Counted from the first letter of the stretch, positions 30,146 through 46,911 are shown. The stretch is DNA of 64,000 bases from the human T2T-CHM13v2.0 reference genome, Homo sapiens (GCF_009914755.1 NC_060928.1); one strand, 5' to 3'. A program made the numbers and translations. Notes: generated from the sequence alone by a model not told the origin.

Positions 30146-30869
<724 letters not shown>

Positions 30870-31470
30870 TCAAGGACAGACAGCAGAGGGGAGAGCACAG
30901 CAAACACCACAGCAGGGACACAGCAGCAAGACCCCCGCCCTGCGCCCGTGAAAAACTGTAGCACAGTGACCTGGTTTCCTCAACAGCATGTTGCAAGAAA
31001 ATAAAAAGAGAAGGAGGCAGAAGCTATAGATGAAAAGACTTTAAAGACACACCACCAGGGTTCACAGATTGATGAGTGAACAAACAAGATGTGCTTCTTC
31101 CAGACAAGGGAAGATTATTCACCCTCAAAAGAAGGAAATGCCGGCCCACGCTCCAACACGGATGAACCTCAAAGACACTGTCCTAAGTGAAACAAGCCAG
31201 TTGCTCACAAGACGACAAACATTGTGTGATTCCGTTCAGATCAGGTCCCTAGAGTAGCCGGACTTATAGAGACAGAAAGTGGATTGGTGGCTGTCAGGAG
31301 CTGGGGGAGATGAGAATGAAGAGTTACTGTTTAATGGGAACAGAGTTTCACTTTGGGAAGATGAGAAGGGTTCTGTGGGTGGATGGTGGTGATGGTTGAA
31401 TAACAATGTAAATAAATGTATGTAAAGGTTAAAATGGGAATGTAAATAAATGTACTTAAAGGTTAAAATG

Positions 31471-31800
<330 letters not shown>

Positions 31801-31801
31801 T

Positions 31802-31894
31802 TATAGGTTGGTGCAAAAGTTGGCGCAAAAAATTGTATAGGTTGGTGCTACTTTTAAATAGCAAAAACTGCAATTATTTTTGCACCAACCTATA
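31802..31894. mobile_element. MADE1 (Hsmar1-derived MITE), internally rearranged
   Basis: Inverted termini tataggttggtgcaaaa / ttttgcaccaacctata. Confidence 0.85.
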
Positions 31895-32329
31895 CGTTCT
31901 GTATATTTTATCACAAAGAAAGACAATCACAGTGCGAAGACCTTATTAACATTCTGATTCAAACAAACTGCAAATATTTTTTAAACTATAAAACTGACAG
32001 GCCACTTAGACATTTGAACACTGATTGGATATTTGATGAAGTGAAGGAGTCGTCATTTGTTTGAGGTGTGATGGAGCTGGTATCGTGACTGTTTAAAAGA
32101 TGAATTAAATGATATGATATCTAGCTTTACTTTGAAATAATATGAGTGGAGAGAAGGGGGTGGTGTAGAAATAAAACGAGATTGTTCTTGAATTGGTCAT
32201 TGTCGACGTTGCTGATGACTACGTGAGGTTCCTTTTATTATTCTCTGTACTTTTGTCAAGGTTCGAAATTTTTCAAAACAAAATATTTTCAAAAATGGGG
32301 TTGAATCTGTTCTTTTACTCGCTGAGTTC

Positions 32330-32682
32330 TCCTGGGCAAGCTACTTCACCTCTCTCCTGCCTTCCTTCTTCAACCAGTTTTCCACTCAAAATGGCACTTC
32401 CTCCAGGACATCTTGACTGATAACATCCAATAGAAAAGGTCACCCTCCTCGTTTCCTACCCACTGTCTCCACCCCGTTTTTCTTCCCTCACAACATCGAT
32501 CAGGACTTGAAATTACACAATATATATGAATCTGTGTGTAGCCTTTCTCTTCCTGATGACTTGTTCATAGCTGAATCCCATACACCAGGAAGCATGACTG
32601 CACATAGGAGACGATCAGTAAGCATTGATCATGGGAATGAATGAATGAATGAATGGATGGGTGGATGAATGAATGAATGAAT
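32330..32682. mobile_element. L2 3' end with (GAAT)n/(GGAT)n tail
   Basis: cacttcctccagga...gcacataggagacgatcagtaagcattg...gaatgaatgaat. Confidence 0.65.
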
Positions 32683-33998
32683 TACCTACGGCATTAAGGC
32701 AGTGACAAGAGTCCCTCCAGGTCAGCATAAGCATGAGTGAGACAAGGTGCTCAGCCCACACACAGAACAGAGTAGGGGCTCATGGCCACAATTTCATCCC
32801 CAAAGCAGCATGTGCTTTTCTTGCACTTGTTTTCATGGACCCTCAGCTCCTAGCTGGATGGCTGGCTGTCTTCTGGACCAGAACTAGGGTCCCGTCGAGA
32901 GTCCCCTCATTCTGTCTCACTGCTCCCAAACCTGCCAACTTGAAAGTTTCTCTATGCCATGAGCGTCCTCTTTACAAACTACAAAAGGTAGTTTTCTGTA
33001 CAAAGTTGAGAGACTATCAATCATTCACAACTTAGTGTGAAATAGCTAAACCAAGTGACTTTTCTCATAACAATATAGTAAAGCCACCTGCATTGAGGGA
33101 ATGAAGGGGGGGTGGTGGCACATGATTGTGAAGCAAGAGACACCCTGGAATGAGAAACTGAGGCTCAGAGAGGTTATGTCACTTTAGATCCCAAAGCTAG
33201 TTAATGACAGATCTGATACTGGTATCCCAGTCTGTCTCATTTCAAGTTATTGTTGATTACCCTGCAAACCAACACTCAGAGAATAACCTTCATGAGCAAA
33301 GAAATACAAATGTGAAGCTGAGAAAGGAAGTCACTTTATCTATGAGGTGAAATTTACGGCCCTGTTAACAATGGCACAGATAAAATTCCATAATAAATGG
33401 TCTAAGACAGACGGCATGAAATAAATAACAGTCCTTCCAACAGAAAAATTAAATTTCAAAGCTGAAGAGAGTCTGAAGTCTCCCTGCTCTACCGCCCTCC
33501 ACACTTCCTGTTTCTTCTCCATCCCTTCCTATAATGCGTTCGCTCTCCGTCCGACCTACCTTCTTGCTAATCCAGACCTCTTCCCCAACCCCAGCAAAAC
33601 TCGGGCCCTCTCCTCCTTCAGCAGCAGGTGGTGGTGTAATGTGCAGGGGGAGCTGGGTTCCAATCCCTCTCCTCCTCTGCTCTTCCCTGAACCATTGCCT
33701 TCCTACCCCCTCTACTCCCAAAGCAAAAATAAAAGGGATGATAATATTTTCTCATCTAACAGAATTTGCACTACAGACAGTGAGATAAAATAAAATATGT
33801 GCTTGGAAGTGCCATTAAAATAAAATGAATCAACTAGTTCATGGAGTCATTCAACAAGCATGTATTAAGCCCTGGGAGGAGCCAGGCACTGTTCTAGGCA
33901 CCAGGGATGGAGCTGCCAACGAACCAGGGTCAGGAGTCGTAAGAGGCAGCTGGATCCCGGGTGGAGGCGACAAGACCTACTGATGGAGGGGATCTGAA

Positions 33999-34052
33999 GA
34001 TAGATGGGTAGATGATAGATAGATAGATAGATAATAGATAGATCAATAGATA
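33999..34052. repeat. (GATA)n tetranucleotide microsatellite, imperfect
   Basis: Read directly from the sequence. Confidence 0.9.
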
Positions 34053-34779
34053 AGAAGAGGAGGAGGAGAGAACAGAAGTTAAGCCACTTTTTAGCTTTCT
34101 TTGCTCTACTGAATTTGCACAGAAAGCCAATGAGAAGCCAGCCGAATTGCACCCCAGAATCCTGGAAGGGCTGGCAGTGGGGACGGCAGGCACCTCCAGG
34201 GCGAGGGAGCAGGGCGAAGCGCATGAGCACTGACTGGCCCCTCCTCAGAAGCAGCGGGGCTGGTCTCTGGCCCCAGGCGGCACAGTCAAGGGACCACCGC
34301 TCCCCACCTGGCTGCGGGTGGAAGGTCCTTGGCTGGGGACCTCCATCTACTCCATCCACCCCTTCCCTCACCACTTCCCGTCCTTAAGGGAACTTGGGAG
34401 GAGATATTCCAAACTGTCTAAAAGGTCAAGCGCTAAAGAAAGAAACTGGCTGGCTCCTTTGAGGACTCAGTCGTTCTTTTCTGGATGTCTCTACTTAGAT
34501 CCTCAGGGAGAAGCCAGAAACAAAGCCAGATTTCCAGGAGAGGAAGGAGCGTGCTCAGAAAGGCCATGGACACGCACAGTTCCCGACACCGACACTCCCG
34601 CCTCCAAGAACGACTCGTTTTGGCACCGGCTGTGTGCATCCACCCCTGACTCCACTTGAATTCCCTATCGTAAGTTTTGGTTTTGCCTAGAAATATTTTA
34701 TGCCATTGTGAAGACATTCAAGGGACAGCCGAAGGGAACCAAAAGCTGCTGGGAGCCTCCTCTGTGATGAGCACTATTT

Positions 34780-35114
34780 TCGGGTGGCTGCTTCTGGTCT
34801 TGACCCCTGTCCTGCATGGGGTGTGCTAGGTCTGCTGTGAGAGGCAGGAGGCTGGATGCTGTCAGTTCTTCCTCCTCCTGCCATAGCAGAGGAGTGTGAG
34901 TCCCCGCCCCACTGATGTTCACGCGACTTACTGTGGCATGGAGCGGGCCTGAATCCCAGCCCTCTGCCTGAAGCAAAGCCTCCCAGCTGAGCCCAGCCTA
35001 GTCAGCCGAACCCTAGCCAAGCTGCAGACGAGAGAGTGAAAAAGAATGGCTGGGAGTCACTGAGTTTGGGCTGGTTTCTTACACAGTAATATTGCGGCTA
35101 CAGTTGACTTACAC
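34780..35114 (+). mobile_element. MLT1 (J/K-like) MaLR LTR 3' part
   Basis: cccagctgagcccagcctag...cactgagtttgggctggtttcttacacag...gttgacttacaca. Confidence 0.6.
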
Positions 35115-37815
35115 AGAGAGGTTAAATGACTCACCTAGAGACACACAGCTATGAAGCAGCAGCCCCACAATCATCCCCACTGCCTTGAGTCCTTGTCCAG
35201 TACTAACCTGGCCTCAAGCTGGGCATGGGTGGAGTCACAGTAACTTCCTAAAGGAGGATCCAGGATGCAGGTGCTGGGACTATTTGGTGATAAAAGGTAG
35301 GACTCAGTGACAGCAGTATCTTAATCCTGCCAGTGAGCAGAGAGCACTGTCCCATCATCCCACGGCAGGACTGTTCGCAGGCCAGGTCCTGGGAGAGTGC
35401 CAGCCTCCTGAGTCTGGCAGGAGGGCGCATGGGGGCAGGTCCAGCCCCTCTGGCATTGTACAAGCTGGAGAGCCCTGCTGGGGGGCCTGGGGGACTCCAA
35501 GACCTGCCCACCACAGGCTGCTGACTCAGCACCACTAGATCTGAGTCAGCAAAAATCACTGTGCTGGGCCACACAGTGCCTTTGTACAGAATTGCAAAAA
35601 GATGCCCGTTCCAGGTGGACATAGGTGGCAAGGCTTGGCCAGGACGGCTGAGGCAGCCTCTGTAAAAGGCACTGTTTCCTCTAGACAGGCACAGCCCAAG
35701 GAAAGAGTACGGCTGGATTTCAGCCCCTTCTGCCCTTGGACCAAGTGCCTTGCTTAGGACACAACCTGAACAACCAGATGCAGTAGCTCTGGAAGAGCAG
35801 GGTCGATGCCTCTTTGGCTCCTGCTGCCTGACAGTGAGCCCCACTCAGCAGCCAAGCTAAGAGCTGGCTCTGCCTCCCTGGCTCCCAGGACAGCAGCAGC
35901 ACACAGTAGGCCCACAGCAGTCAGTGTGTGTGCCATGGATGGACTATCAGTGACAACGGGGAATGGCTACTCTAGGCTCCTGTCTGCAGCCTCCCCTTGT
36001 GTGTGTCAGGCTGGGGGTGGGGTATTGATCTGGGGTCTGGTCCTGTGTCCAGCAAATACCAGGGACCCAGCCCCGGGGCTGGGCATGGGGAAGCAGCAGC
36101 AGCTGGGAGCCCAGCTCCCCCGACCCCTGCCCTCAGCCCTGCACCTGCTGCCCGATGCTAAATTACTCTCGGCCACTCAGACAGAGCCATGGCTGGAGGG
36201 CCCCAGGGAGCAATGGGCTGAGATTCTGTAGCAGATGAGGGAGGTGATGTGTGTTGGGAGGGAAAGGAGAGGAGAAAAGATGGACTGGGAGGATGGGGGA
36301 GGGGGGTCAGCTCCAGGCAGCAAAGCTGACCTCCATTCCCACCTAGGCCTCCACGGCAGGCAGCGCATGGAGAGGGGAGGGCTCTGGAGTGTGACGTGCC
36401 AGCCTGTATTCGATTCGTTCATTTTAAAAAGGGTCAAACCAAGTAAAAGATACTGGTCCAAGCAGCAGGGATGCAAATTCTTCCAGATAAACAAATGTGG
36501 ACATTTAGGGAATGGAAGACGCCCAGCTCAGCCCACCTCCAGAAGGCCCAGACAAAACAACCCTCAAATCCAAGGGAAAGGCTGTTCCAGAAAAGACAGA
36601 CCAGTGGAAAGGACCAGAGATGCTGGTTGGGAGAGACCTGAGAGAAGATTCAGCAGCCGCAGGCATTGAGCTCCTGTTACTTTCAGGATTAAAGCTGAGA
36701 AGGAAACCTCTGGACAGGCTCGTTACAACCCCTGCAGACCTCTGCTGACCTGCCCTGTGCACAGGCCTGAAACAGCAGCCTTGCTTCCCTCTGACCCCTG
36801 CTGTCTTCCTCCTGAGCTCTTCAGCTGTGAGCGTGTCTCCCTCTGAGCGCCCGCCCCTACCTCTCCTTCCCACCTGCACCTTAAGTGATTTGTTTTCATT
36901 CTGTTTTTTAAAAATGACAAGCATGGAGATAAAGCAGTGGCGGCACTTCCATAGCTCTAAGCATGTCGCAGGGCCCTCCTTGAGCGCTTCACAGATGCTA
37001 ACCCACTCACACCTTACCACGGCCCTTGGAGGCAGGCAACCCCATTTTACAGATGAAATCACCGAGGCGGGGAGAGGTGGGGTAAGGGGAAGAGCTGGGG
37101 TCCAAAGCCAGGCGGGGGTGTGTGCTTGGCTCCTGGGTCACCTGCCTCCAGCGTTACAGGGGAAAGGACGAGGGGTGGTCACACACCTGGGCTGTGAATG
37201 CCACCGCCGGGCACTGGCCACGTGATACCTTTCAAGGCTCCATGAGATAAGATGATGTCACAGGGCTGTAATTTCCATTTTCCCAGGAGGAAGCCAAGCC
37301 TGAAGGGGTCTGGGCAGAGGGCCCACAGCTGCCGCGTGGTGGATGGGGATAGGAACGCAGGACCATATCAGCCTTCCTGGCTGAGCCCAAAGGCCACTTC
37401 TCAGCGCCTCACCAGCCTCCAAACTGCCCAGTGCTCTATCAGTCATCCCCGGCAGCCAGATCCCAGCCTCCCAGCTGAGGTCACTCCTGCTTGTGAGCAC
37501 CTGCAGATGGAAACGCAGCTGGCCCCTCCGGTGGAGTCAGGAAGCAAACGCCTGCTTGCTAACTCCCACCTCCCCCACTCAGAAGCATCATTGTCAGTGC
37601 AGGGCCCTGTCTGTGATGCTAAATGGAATCCACACATCACAGGCGGGTGCTGGCAGGGTTGGGGGCCCCAGGCACCCCCAAGCTCTGCAAGTAGATTCAA
37701 AAACTGCTACAACTTCAAAGAGGGCGAGGAGTGGAGTTTGGCCAAGGCCAACAAAATGACAAATGTTAACCTCCTCTGACCCAGGATTTCCTCTTAGCAA
37801 TTTACCCTCAGATAC

Positions 37816-37905
37816 ACAGTCACGCATATAACCACGGGGATAGGTTGTGAGAAGTGTGTGGTTAGGTGATTTCCTCATTGTGGGAACATCAGAAAGGGTC
37901 ACACA
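37816..37905. mobile_element. Tigger3/Golem terminal fragment
   Basis: cagtcacgcatataaccacggggataggttgtgagaagtgtgtggttaggtgatttcctcattgtgggaacatca. Confidence 0.6.
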
Positions 37906-38891
37906 GCAGGATCACAAAAAAGGCAATGTCTTCCTTCTGGAACCTTCCACTCCAGGATTACAGAAAGCCAGGTATCTCTACCACCATTTCCTACCCCAAC
38001 CCTACCTGGGCTTTTGCTCATGATTTCTCCTAGCTTGGAGGCCTCCTCACCCAGGCTGATCCCTGCTCATCTCCAAGGCTCAACTCAGAGGGCACTTCCT
38101 CCAGGAAGCCCTCCCTGACTGCTCATTGGTCAGCCGCCCACTCCACGGCCCCTGGGCCTTGTGTTGTCCCTGTTCATGTCAGTCAGAGCAAACTCTGGAG
38201 GACAGGAACCTGGAGTGAGACTCCTGTGACCACACCCCAGCCCTTCACCTGTCCTGACAAGTGCTCGGAGAAGCATCTGCTGAGCAGAACTCCTTTGCAG
38301 CTCAAGCAGAAGGCCTCCCGGGAGCACAGGAAAACAAGCCAGGCAGCAGGGAGGGACGTTGCACTAAAGCTTCTGCTGCTTGGCCTCAGGCCAAGCCAAC
38401 CCTCTCTGATTTGCCTAAACGCCGAGGTGGGGCTCCTTTGTGCAGTGGCAGAGGGGTGCATTTACCTCGCAGGGTTTAGGGCTCCGCCTCCAGGGAAGTC
38501 CGCCATTGTTGTTTGCTGACAGTCCGTGTGACAAATTGTTTTCTGCTGCAGAGCCAGGCTGGACCGTCTGGCTGGTCTCCAGAGGCCTCAGGGTCACTCG
38601 TAGTCATTCCCTGCCTGTGGGGCAGCCTGAGACCAGCTCCTGTGTGCCAAGTTCCTGCCTGAACCTACTGGGTTGCCAGAGCAGGTCCTGCCCCTGGAGC
38701 ATCTGATGGGTGGCAAGGAGCCACCATGTGCCCTTCCAAATGCTGGGGTCTACAGACCAGGCGAGGGGAGTCCGCCATCCTGTACTGTGCCCCAGGGAGC
38801 CACGGCACAAAGCTTGAGCCGACCCAAAGTGCTAGACCCAGACGGCAATTCATGGCCCGGGAGAATAAGTGGCTCTGCCTTGGAAACATGA

Positions 38892-38897
38892 TTTATT
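38892..38897 (-). terminator. Candidate polyadenylation signal AATAAA of C4orf50 (3' UTR about 2.25 kb)
   Basis: Plus-strand TTTATT is the first canonical minus-strand AATAAA I found after the stop; a weaker ATTAAA is at 40510-40505. Confidence 0.6.
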
Positions 38898-39706
38898 AGG
38901 GAATCGTTGGGTTACGCTGCAAAGGTCGTCTTGGCTTGCTTTAATGGATTTCCTGGGTTGCCTTTCTGCCCAGGCCCAGCACGTGAGCGCGGCAGAGGGG
39001 AGCATGAAGTCACAAGACGACGGACGTCTGAGCTCCTGGGACTCCTGGAGACCAGATGTGGTGGCACCACGCTGCATCTCGCTGGCTCAGCAAGGGCTCA
39101 GCTGGCTGTCCTCGGCTGCACCGGGTTTCTGTCCTCTCTCTGTCATGTTCCTGATGCTCAAAGCTAATGACGTTGTCCCAAAATACAGAGGGAGGCAGAA
39201 GGCGGATCACCAAACCAGTGCTGCAGGTCACTTCCTGCTTGGAAATTATAGGGAAGCCCTGGGGTGGTTGAACCAACAAAGGGATCACCGCAGTGGTTTC
39301 CAATCTGGGGATTCTTGAGGGGTGGTAACGGGGCCACAGGGTCTCCAGGGGGGTCCCTGAAAACCTAGGTGGACAGCATCATCTTCACTTCTTCCCCAGC
39401 AGCATCCAGCCAGACACTCGCACAGCAGTCACTAAATGCATATTGAATAAATAAATAAATAGACAGATCTGTGGGTAAATCAATCCAGGAATACATGGAT
39501 GAATGTGCTAACCCATCAGAAAACCCCATAAACGAATTTAAAGGGTGGAACTCAATGTGCTGAGGCTGCCTTTCTTACGTCTCAATGGCTCCCCAATTTT
39601 CCTCGAAATAAAACCCACTAGTTTCTATAATTGTACAACATAAGTCACATGAGATGTTAACATCAAGGGAAGCCCGGGGAAGAGTCTACGGGAACTCTGT
39701 GTAATT

Positions 39707-39862
39707 TTCATTTCAAACAAAAAGCTAAACTACGTTAAAATAAATCTATACACTTTGACACTTCCTGGGGAGCCGTCAGTTCCTTGTCCTTGTCCTTGTT
39801 TGTCCTTCCATGAAGGGACAGTCACTTCCAGGAGAGGACAGAATTGGACAGGTAGCGGCTTT
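39707..39862 (+). repeat. Donor copy of a ~156-bp inverted duplication (partner 42750-42906)
   Basis: Its reverse complement aligns to 42750-42906 with 6 substitutions and 1 indel by my count. Confidence 0.95.
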
Positions 39863-40660
39863 GGCCTTTCCCTTAAGCCCCTCCTCAGCCCCTTCCCAAA
39901 GAGAGAGGTGACATCTCTGGTGGGTGAGCCTGGGTCAGGGTCTGGTGTGTGTCGTCCAAGCCCCCTAGACTCTCTTTTTGGGGGGCTGCCCTCAGGATAG
40001 AAGTGCTCTTCTCCTGGGTCGCCCACCTGATTCGGGGCACGAGTCTCTGTTCTCGGTGGAAGGAAGGGGTGCTGGATGGGAACGATGCAGTGACTGCTTG
40101 CAGCTGGCTTGACAAGAGCATGCTTTGCCCACTTCCCCTCCAGGGGCACATCCACAGTTCAGTTTTATGCCTCAGGGCCTTTGCACATGCGTTCCCTCGT
40201 ACAGCAGCACCCTTCCCACCTCACCCACCGGACACTGCCCAGCCATTCCTTTGTGGCTGACTTCCAGTTGTCCCAAGCCAAGTAGAACGGACCCTTACCT
40301 TCATCCCGTTGCTCAGGGCACATGTGACACTTGCGTGCGTGCTGATTTACTCACAGGAGTATCTCTCCCATTGTCCTGTGAGGTCCCCAGCGCCAGGATC
40401 AACATTGACTTGTCTCTTCTCCTTCATGCCACATTGCCTGGCATCCAGTGGATATCAACAGACGTTTTTGGAGTGGATGGACTGATTAGAAAGTTCTGGT
40501 TAGTTTTAATGTTTTTAAATGTAAAATATATGGTGACTTAGGCGTTTCACTTAGTAGACAAAAAATCTTTTAAAACATGGGAAGGACCCCGGGGGCAGAG
40601 AAAAAACAAAACAAAACAATTCTCCATGGCTGATCTTGTTGGGAGCTATGAGATCCGTCC

Positions 40661-40870
40661 TGGACTCTCGACCTCAGCACTGGCGACCCTCGGGCTGTAA
40701 TTCTTTGCTGTAGGAGGCTGGCCTGGGTATTGTAGGACATTTCATAGCATCCCTGGCCTCTACCCACCAGATGCCAGTAGCAGTGTCCCAGCTGTGACAA
40801 CCAAAAATGTCTCCAGACATGGCCAGATTTTCCCTGGGGGGCTAAAACTGTGCCCAGTTGAGAACCTCTG
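40661..40870. mobile_element. MER20 hAT-Charlie element in the C4orf50 3' UTR
   Basis: agcatccctggcctctacccaccagatgccagtagca...gtgacaaccaaaaatgtctccagacat...gttgagaacctctg. Confidence 0.88.
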
Positions 40871-41138
40871 GACCAATCATTCAATAGGTTTTGGTACAGT
40901 AAATATTTCCTATGCTGCCTTGACATTGCCAAAGCCAAACTCCTCAGAATTTGCCAGGCACAGGCCAGCGTTTCTCTCAAGCTCTGACAATGAACACAAA
41001 ATCCCAAAGCCGAAGGCAAAACCACTTGCCACTAAATGAGGGCTCTGATTGCTACCAATTTCTTAAAGCACTCTCTGAAGGTTCTGCTTCAAATATTTAT
41101 GGAGTCTATGAAATGGCTCCGGAGAATGAGTGGCCCTA

Positions 41139-41459
<321 letters not shown>

Positions 41460-42634
41460 TTAATCAAAGGAAGAGATGACAGTGATAGCTAACGGTTTCG
41501 GGGCACTTTCTGTGCCTGGCACCAAATACTCCTCACACATTGGCTCACTTCCTTTGGTGACAGTTCAGTGAGACACATGCTGTCATCACTGCGTTCTGGG
41601 TCAGAAAATGAGATTGGGGCAGCGTGAGGCTCCCTCTCCACGTCATGTGGCAGGTGCCTGACAATACAGTCATGAGCGGGCGTTCCTGTAGAGTGGATAT
41701 CCTCTATAAATTTTCTCCTTCCCGGTGATAAGAGAAAGTGACCTTCCCTTGAAAGGGGAAGTCATGTCTTGCTGGTTGCAAACCTCATGCCCAGCACATC
41801 TCAGGGCTTTCCCCAAATGTGCCATCTTACTTGCCTTCACTTAGTTCCTGCAACAAGCTATCCTCAGGCCCACTTTATAGATGAAAACCCACTTAACAGT
41901 TTAAGAGATTCTAAATGCCTTCACTAAATGTATTAGCTCTGAAGTAGCTTCGACTTCAAAGCCAAGCCCATCTGATTTCAAACCTCCACTCTTTCTACGT
42001 CTCCTTTCCAGTCACTATTGTACCTGTGATCACTTCACGACCAACATCTCACACCTCTCAGGCACCTTCCCGCAAATGACAGGCAGGACTGCCTCACCAG
42101 GTAACATGTGAGTCCTGCTAATGCCTCTTCTCCCTCCTCTAAAGGGTGTGGCAGGTGTGTCAGTGCCTTGCCAGACAGATGAGCAGAATGGAGCCGACTT
42201 CTCCACCAGTTCCAGGAGGCAAGAGCAGCCGCAGGTTTGCAATGAGCAGGGCCTTTTGCCTCACTGGTGGAAGACGGCTGAAAAAGAGGCTGGACAGCAG
42301 AGGCAGGGAATCGGCGATCACTATGTGCCAAGCCTGACCTTGTCCCTGCCCTCAGAGCACTTCCAATCCAGTGGGAGAGGCAGACACATAAACTCAATAT
42401 TATGCTGCAGGGTTCAAGCCCGAAGAGAGACCCACACAGGTGCTGATGAAGCCTCCAGGACGGAAGTGCTGACTGCACACTGAGGAGCTGGGAAGGCCTC
42501 ATGGAGGCAGTGTCTGAGCTCGGCTTTTGGGGAGGAGCAGGGTTCTGTTATGTGTTTAAAACGCAAGGTCATTCTGGGCTGACTAATGTGCGCATCAGGA
42601 GTCTGGACTCCATCTTATAATAAAAATAATGATA

Positions 42635-43090
<456 letters not shown>

Positions 43091-44742
43091 TATAATAATA
43101 ATGATAAGGATAGTTTAAGCCATATGAAATTACTGTTTCTGAGGGAAAGAGTAGTATAATATTGGCAGTTTCCTAGGATTCAGTCTACAACAGTGAACAT
43201 TTACTGAGCTCTTGCAATATGTCGTTCCAAGCACTTTCCACATATTGATTCATTGCATCTTTACAAAATCCAAGGAGATAAGTGCTATTATTATCATCCC
43301 ATCATACAGATGAAGCAACAGAAGCCCAGAGAGGTGAAGTGCTGTGCCCAAGGCCACACAGCTAATAGGAGCCTGCTGCAAGATTTGAACCCAGGCCATA
43401 CGGCTCTCAAGCCTGCCTGATTCCCCACCACAGTGACAGCTGAACCCAGGGATGTAGTGTTGGATCTTCAGTGGCCGAGTGATAGGATGAGGCTAATGAT
43501 ACAGAGGGCGAAACATCTCCTCATTCACTAAAGATTTGTCAGCCTTTTCAGGACATGTCTGTATACTCTAAAGCTCTCTTCTCCTTTTTTTTTGCTAAGC
43601 TCAACCGTACAGTAATAGATTTGTGTGACGTGACAAATTTAGTTACTGCCCTTCAAAACTCCATGACCTCATTTTCCTTGTAGGTCACTAATCCCCTGGT
43701 GTCATTATTTAACAAATTTGTTTTCAGCATGGGAAGCTCTTCCCCAAAACCAGCCCAGATACATGGCTTGCTGTCTGTTTTTGCCCAGGGCAAGGAGCTC
43801 TGTTCCCAAATGTTCATGACGACTGGACAGAACCAAGACTGCAGCGAAAATGCAGTGCTGGGAACCAGGAGCAGGTGCCGTGTACCTTCCAGAGAAACAG
43901 CCTGATGGCCCCTGTCTCTGGCTAACTATTCACCCAACAAGTGCTTCTGAAGGCCTCCCATGGGCCAGGTACTGTGCAAAACATGGGAAAAACATTTAAA
44001 TCGACATTCTGCCATCTTGCTGCAAAGAAACTGAAGTCCCCTATGGACTTGAAATGATTTCCAACAGAGGAAAGGTTTCCAGTCCAGTGACCTTCTGTGT
44101 TTTTAGTGATAACTTTGAAGAAAGCTGAAGAACACCTGACCAACTTGGAACCATAAGGGTATTAAGATGCATTTTTGGTTTATCCATTCATGCAACATAT
44201 TACTCCAACTATTTCCTCAAAAGCTTTGCTACAGGTTTCTGGCCAGTGTCACTGACAGCAGACATTAGAGGGTTTGTTCTCACACTGAGCTCCAGATTGG
44301 AACTTTGAGGGAGGGAAGAGGGACTGCTCCTCTCCTCCCAACCCCGCCCCCATCCAGGCCACGCACCATCTGGCCACATAACGATCAGAGGGCCAGCTCC
44401 GGAGCCAGGTGCCCCTGGTTGGAAGCCCAGCTCTGCCGCTTATGAGCTGGGTGACCTTTGCCCCCTCTGTGCCTCATCTTTTCTCACAGGTTAAGTGGAG
44501 CTGATGCTGATATCTATTTGGTGGGCCCTTTGTGGGACTGGATGAGCCAATGCCGGCGCAGTAAGATTTGGGTGTGTTTTCTGTTTCGCTGCTGTTGCTA
44601 TCACTGTCGTCATTATCCTCTTCTAGTCTCCGCTCTACCTCCTCATACTTTATGCTCCAGCGATGTTGCTTACCATTCCTCCAAATGCCTCATGGACACT
44701 CATCCTCCCATCTTTTTACAAGTACTCCCTTCACCTAAAATA

Positions 44743-45044
44743 TTTTCTTCTTTCTTTTCTTTTTTTTTTGAGATGGAGTCTCGCTCTGCTGCCCTGGCTG
44801 GAGTGCAGAGACACGATCTTGGCTCACTACAACCTCCGCCTCCCAGGTTCAAGCAATTCTGCCTCAGCCTCCCGAGTAGCTGAGACTACAGGCATGTGCC
44901 ACCATACCCAGCTAATTTTTATATTTTTAGTAGAGACGGGGTTTCACCATGTTGGCCAGCTAGTCTCAAACTCCTGACCTCAAGTGATCTGCCCTCAGCC
45001 CCTCGAAGTGCTGGGATTACAGGTGTGAGCCACTGCGCCCAGCC
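44743..45044 (-). mobile_element. AluS
   Basis: Poly-T and both arms; TSD-like cctaaaatatt/cctagaatatc. Confidence 0.93.
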
Positions 45045-46233
45045 TGCCTAGAATATCTTCTACCTGCTGCTGATAAGGTAGATTAAAATAAAAAATCAGA
45101 GGTAATTATCCTAGGAATGATCAAAGCTTTGTTTTTATTACTAGATAAGAAGTCATTTAAAATGAAGTTTACCCATCAGAAAAAAAAGTTTAAGGTCAAT
45201 AACAATAGCTATCTTTTTTTTAATACCTCCTCTATTTTTGATTCTAGGCACTATAATAAATACTTCATATGCATGATTTCACTGAATTGTCCCAACAAGC
45301 CTGAGAGGTAGATATTATTGTCTCTTTTATCTTTTAGATAAAATAAATTAATGTAATTATTGAGACAGGAAAGAAGCCATGGGGATAAAAGAAGGGAGAA
45401 AAATTATAATCAGCTGAAATAAAATGAGTAAGAGCAGTTTTCCTTCTGAGCAATGGCTGCTTTCTCTTTTTTACTGTGAGCACCTCTGATGTGCCAGGCA
45501 CACACTCAGCTCTGCCTGCCTGATTTCTCCTCCTAACAGTAGGAGGCAGGCAGCCGCATTTCACAGCTGACAGTTACGTGCAGGCAGATGAAGTACTTGC
45601 CCAACATCACAGGGAACTAAAATGGGGTAGGGCTGGGACTTGAACTCAGATCTGCCAGACCCCAAAGCTCATAAGTAAGTTTTCTCTGGGAAGACAGAGG
45701 GGAGTGCTGCTCTGGCAATGACTGATTAGGGTCTTTAGGACCAAACCTGCAGTATGTGCAACTAGAAAAGCTAGGGGGAAACGTAACAGAACATTTGTCT
45801 GAAGCCATCTGAGAGCTACAAAGGCTGTGAGGACTTGTGGGACCAAAACTGAAAACAGAAGAGAAGCCAAGAAAAGCGAGCAGGGCAATTGAGGACCTAT
45901 TTTCCCTCGAGGTGAAGGCAGGGTCTGTGCGGGAAGGAGCCAGCTGAGAGGGTGAAAAGCTAAGGAGAGCTCTGAGCAGCCTCTTGGGGCCGACAGGGGA
46001 AAGGGCTCTCAAATACTCAACAGGCTTTTATGCCCTAGGAGTGAGTGTGAACCAGAAATGCAGCAGACCTCCTGAGCACTGGAACATCCTTGTCGACTCA
46101 GCCTTGATGTGAGGAAGATGACCTGCCCTGAGCAGAACAAAGGAAGTCCTCTGTGGATGGAGATACTGTCAGGCCTCAAATTGTGTCAAGGTTTTCATAC
46201 ATGATGTCCAGCATCCACTAAAAGTCACCAGAC

Positions 46234-46911
<678 letters not shown>

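Noticed and set aside
42030-42483. 120-aa plus-strand Q/E-rich ORF in the last intron
   Set aside because: Antisense to C4orf50; no supporting promoter, splice pattern or recognised homology
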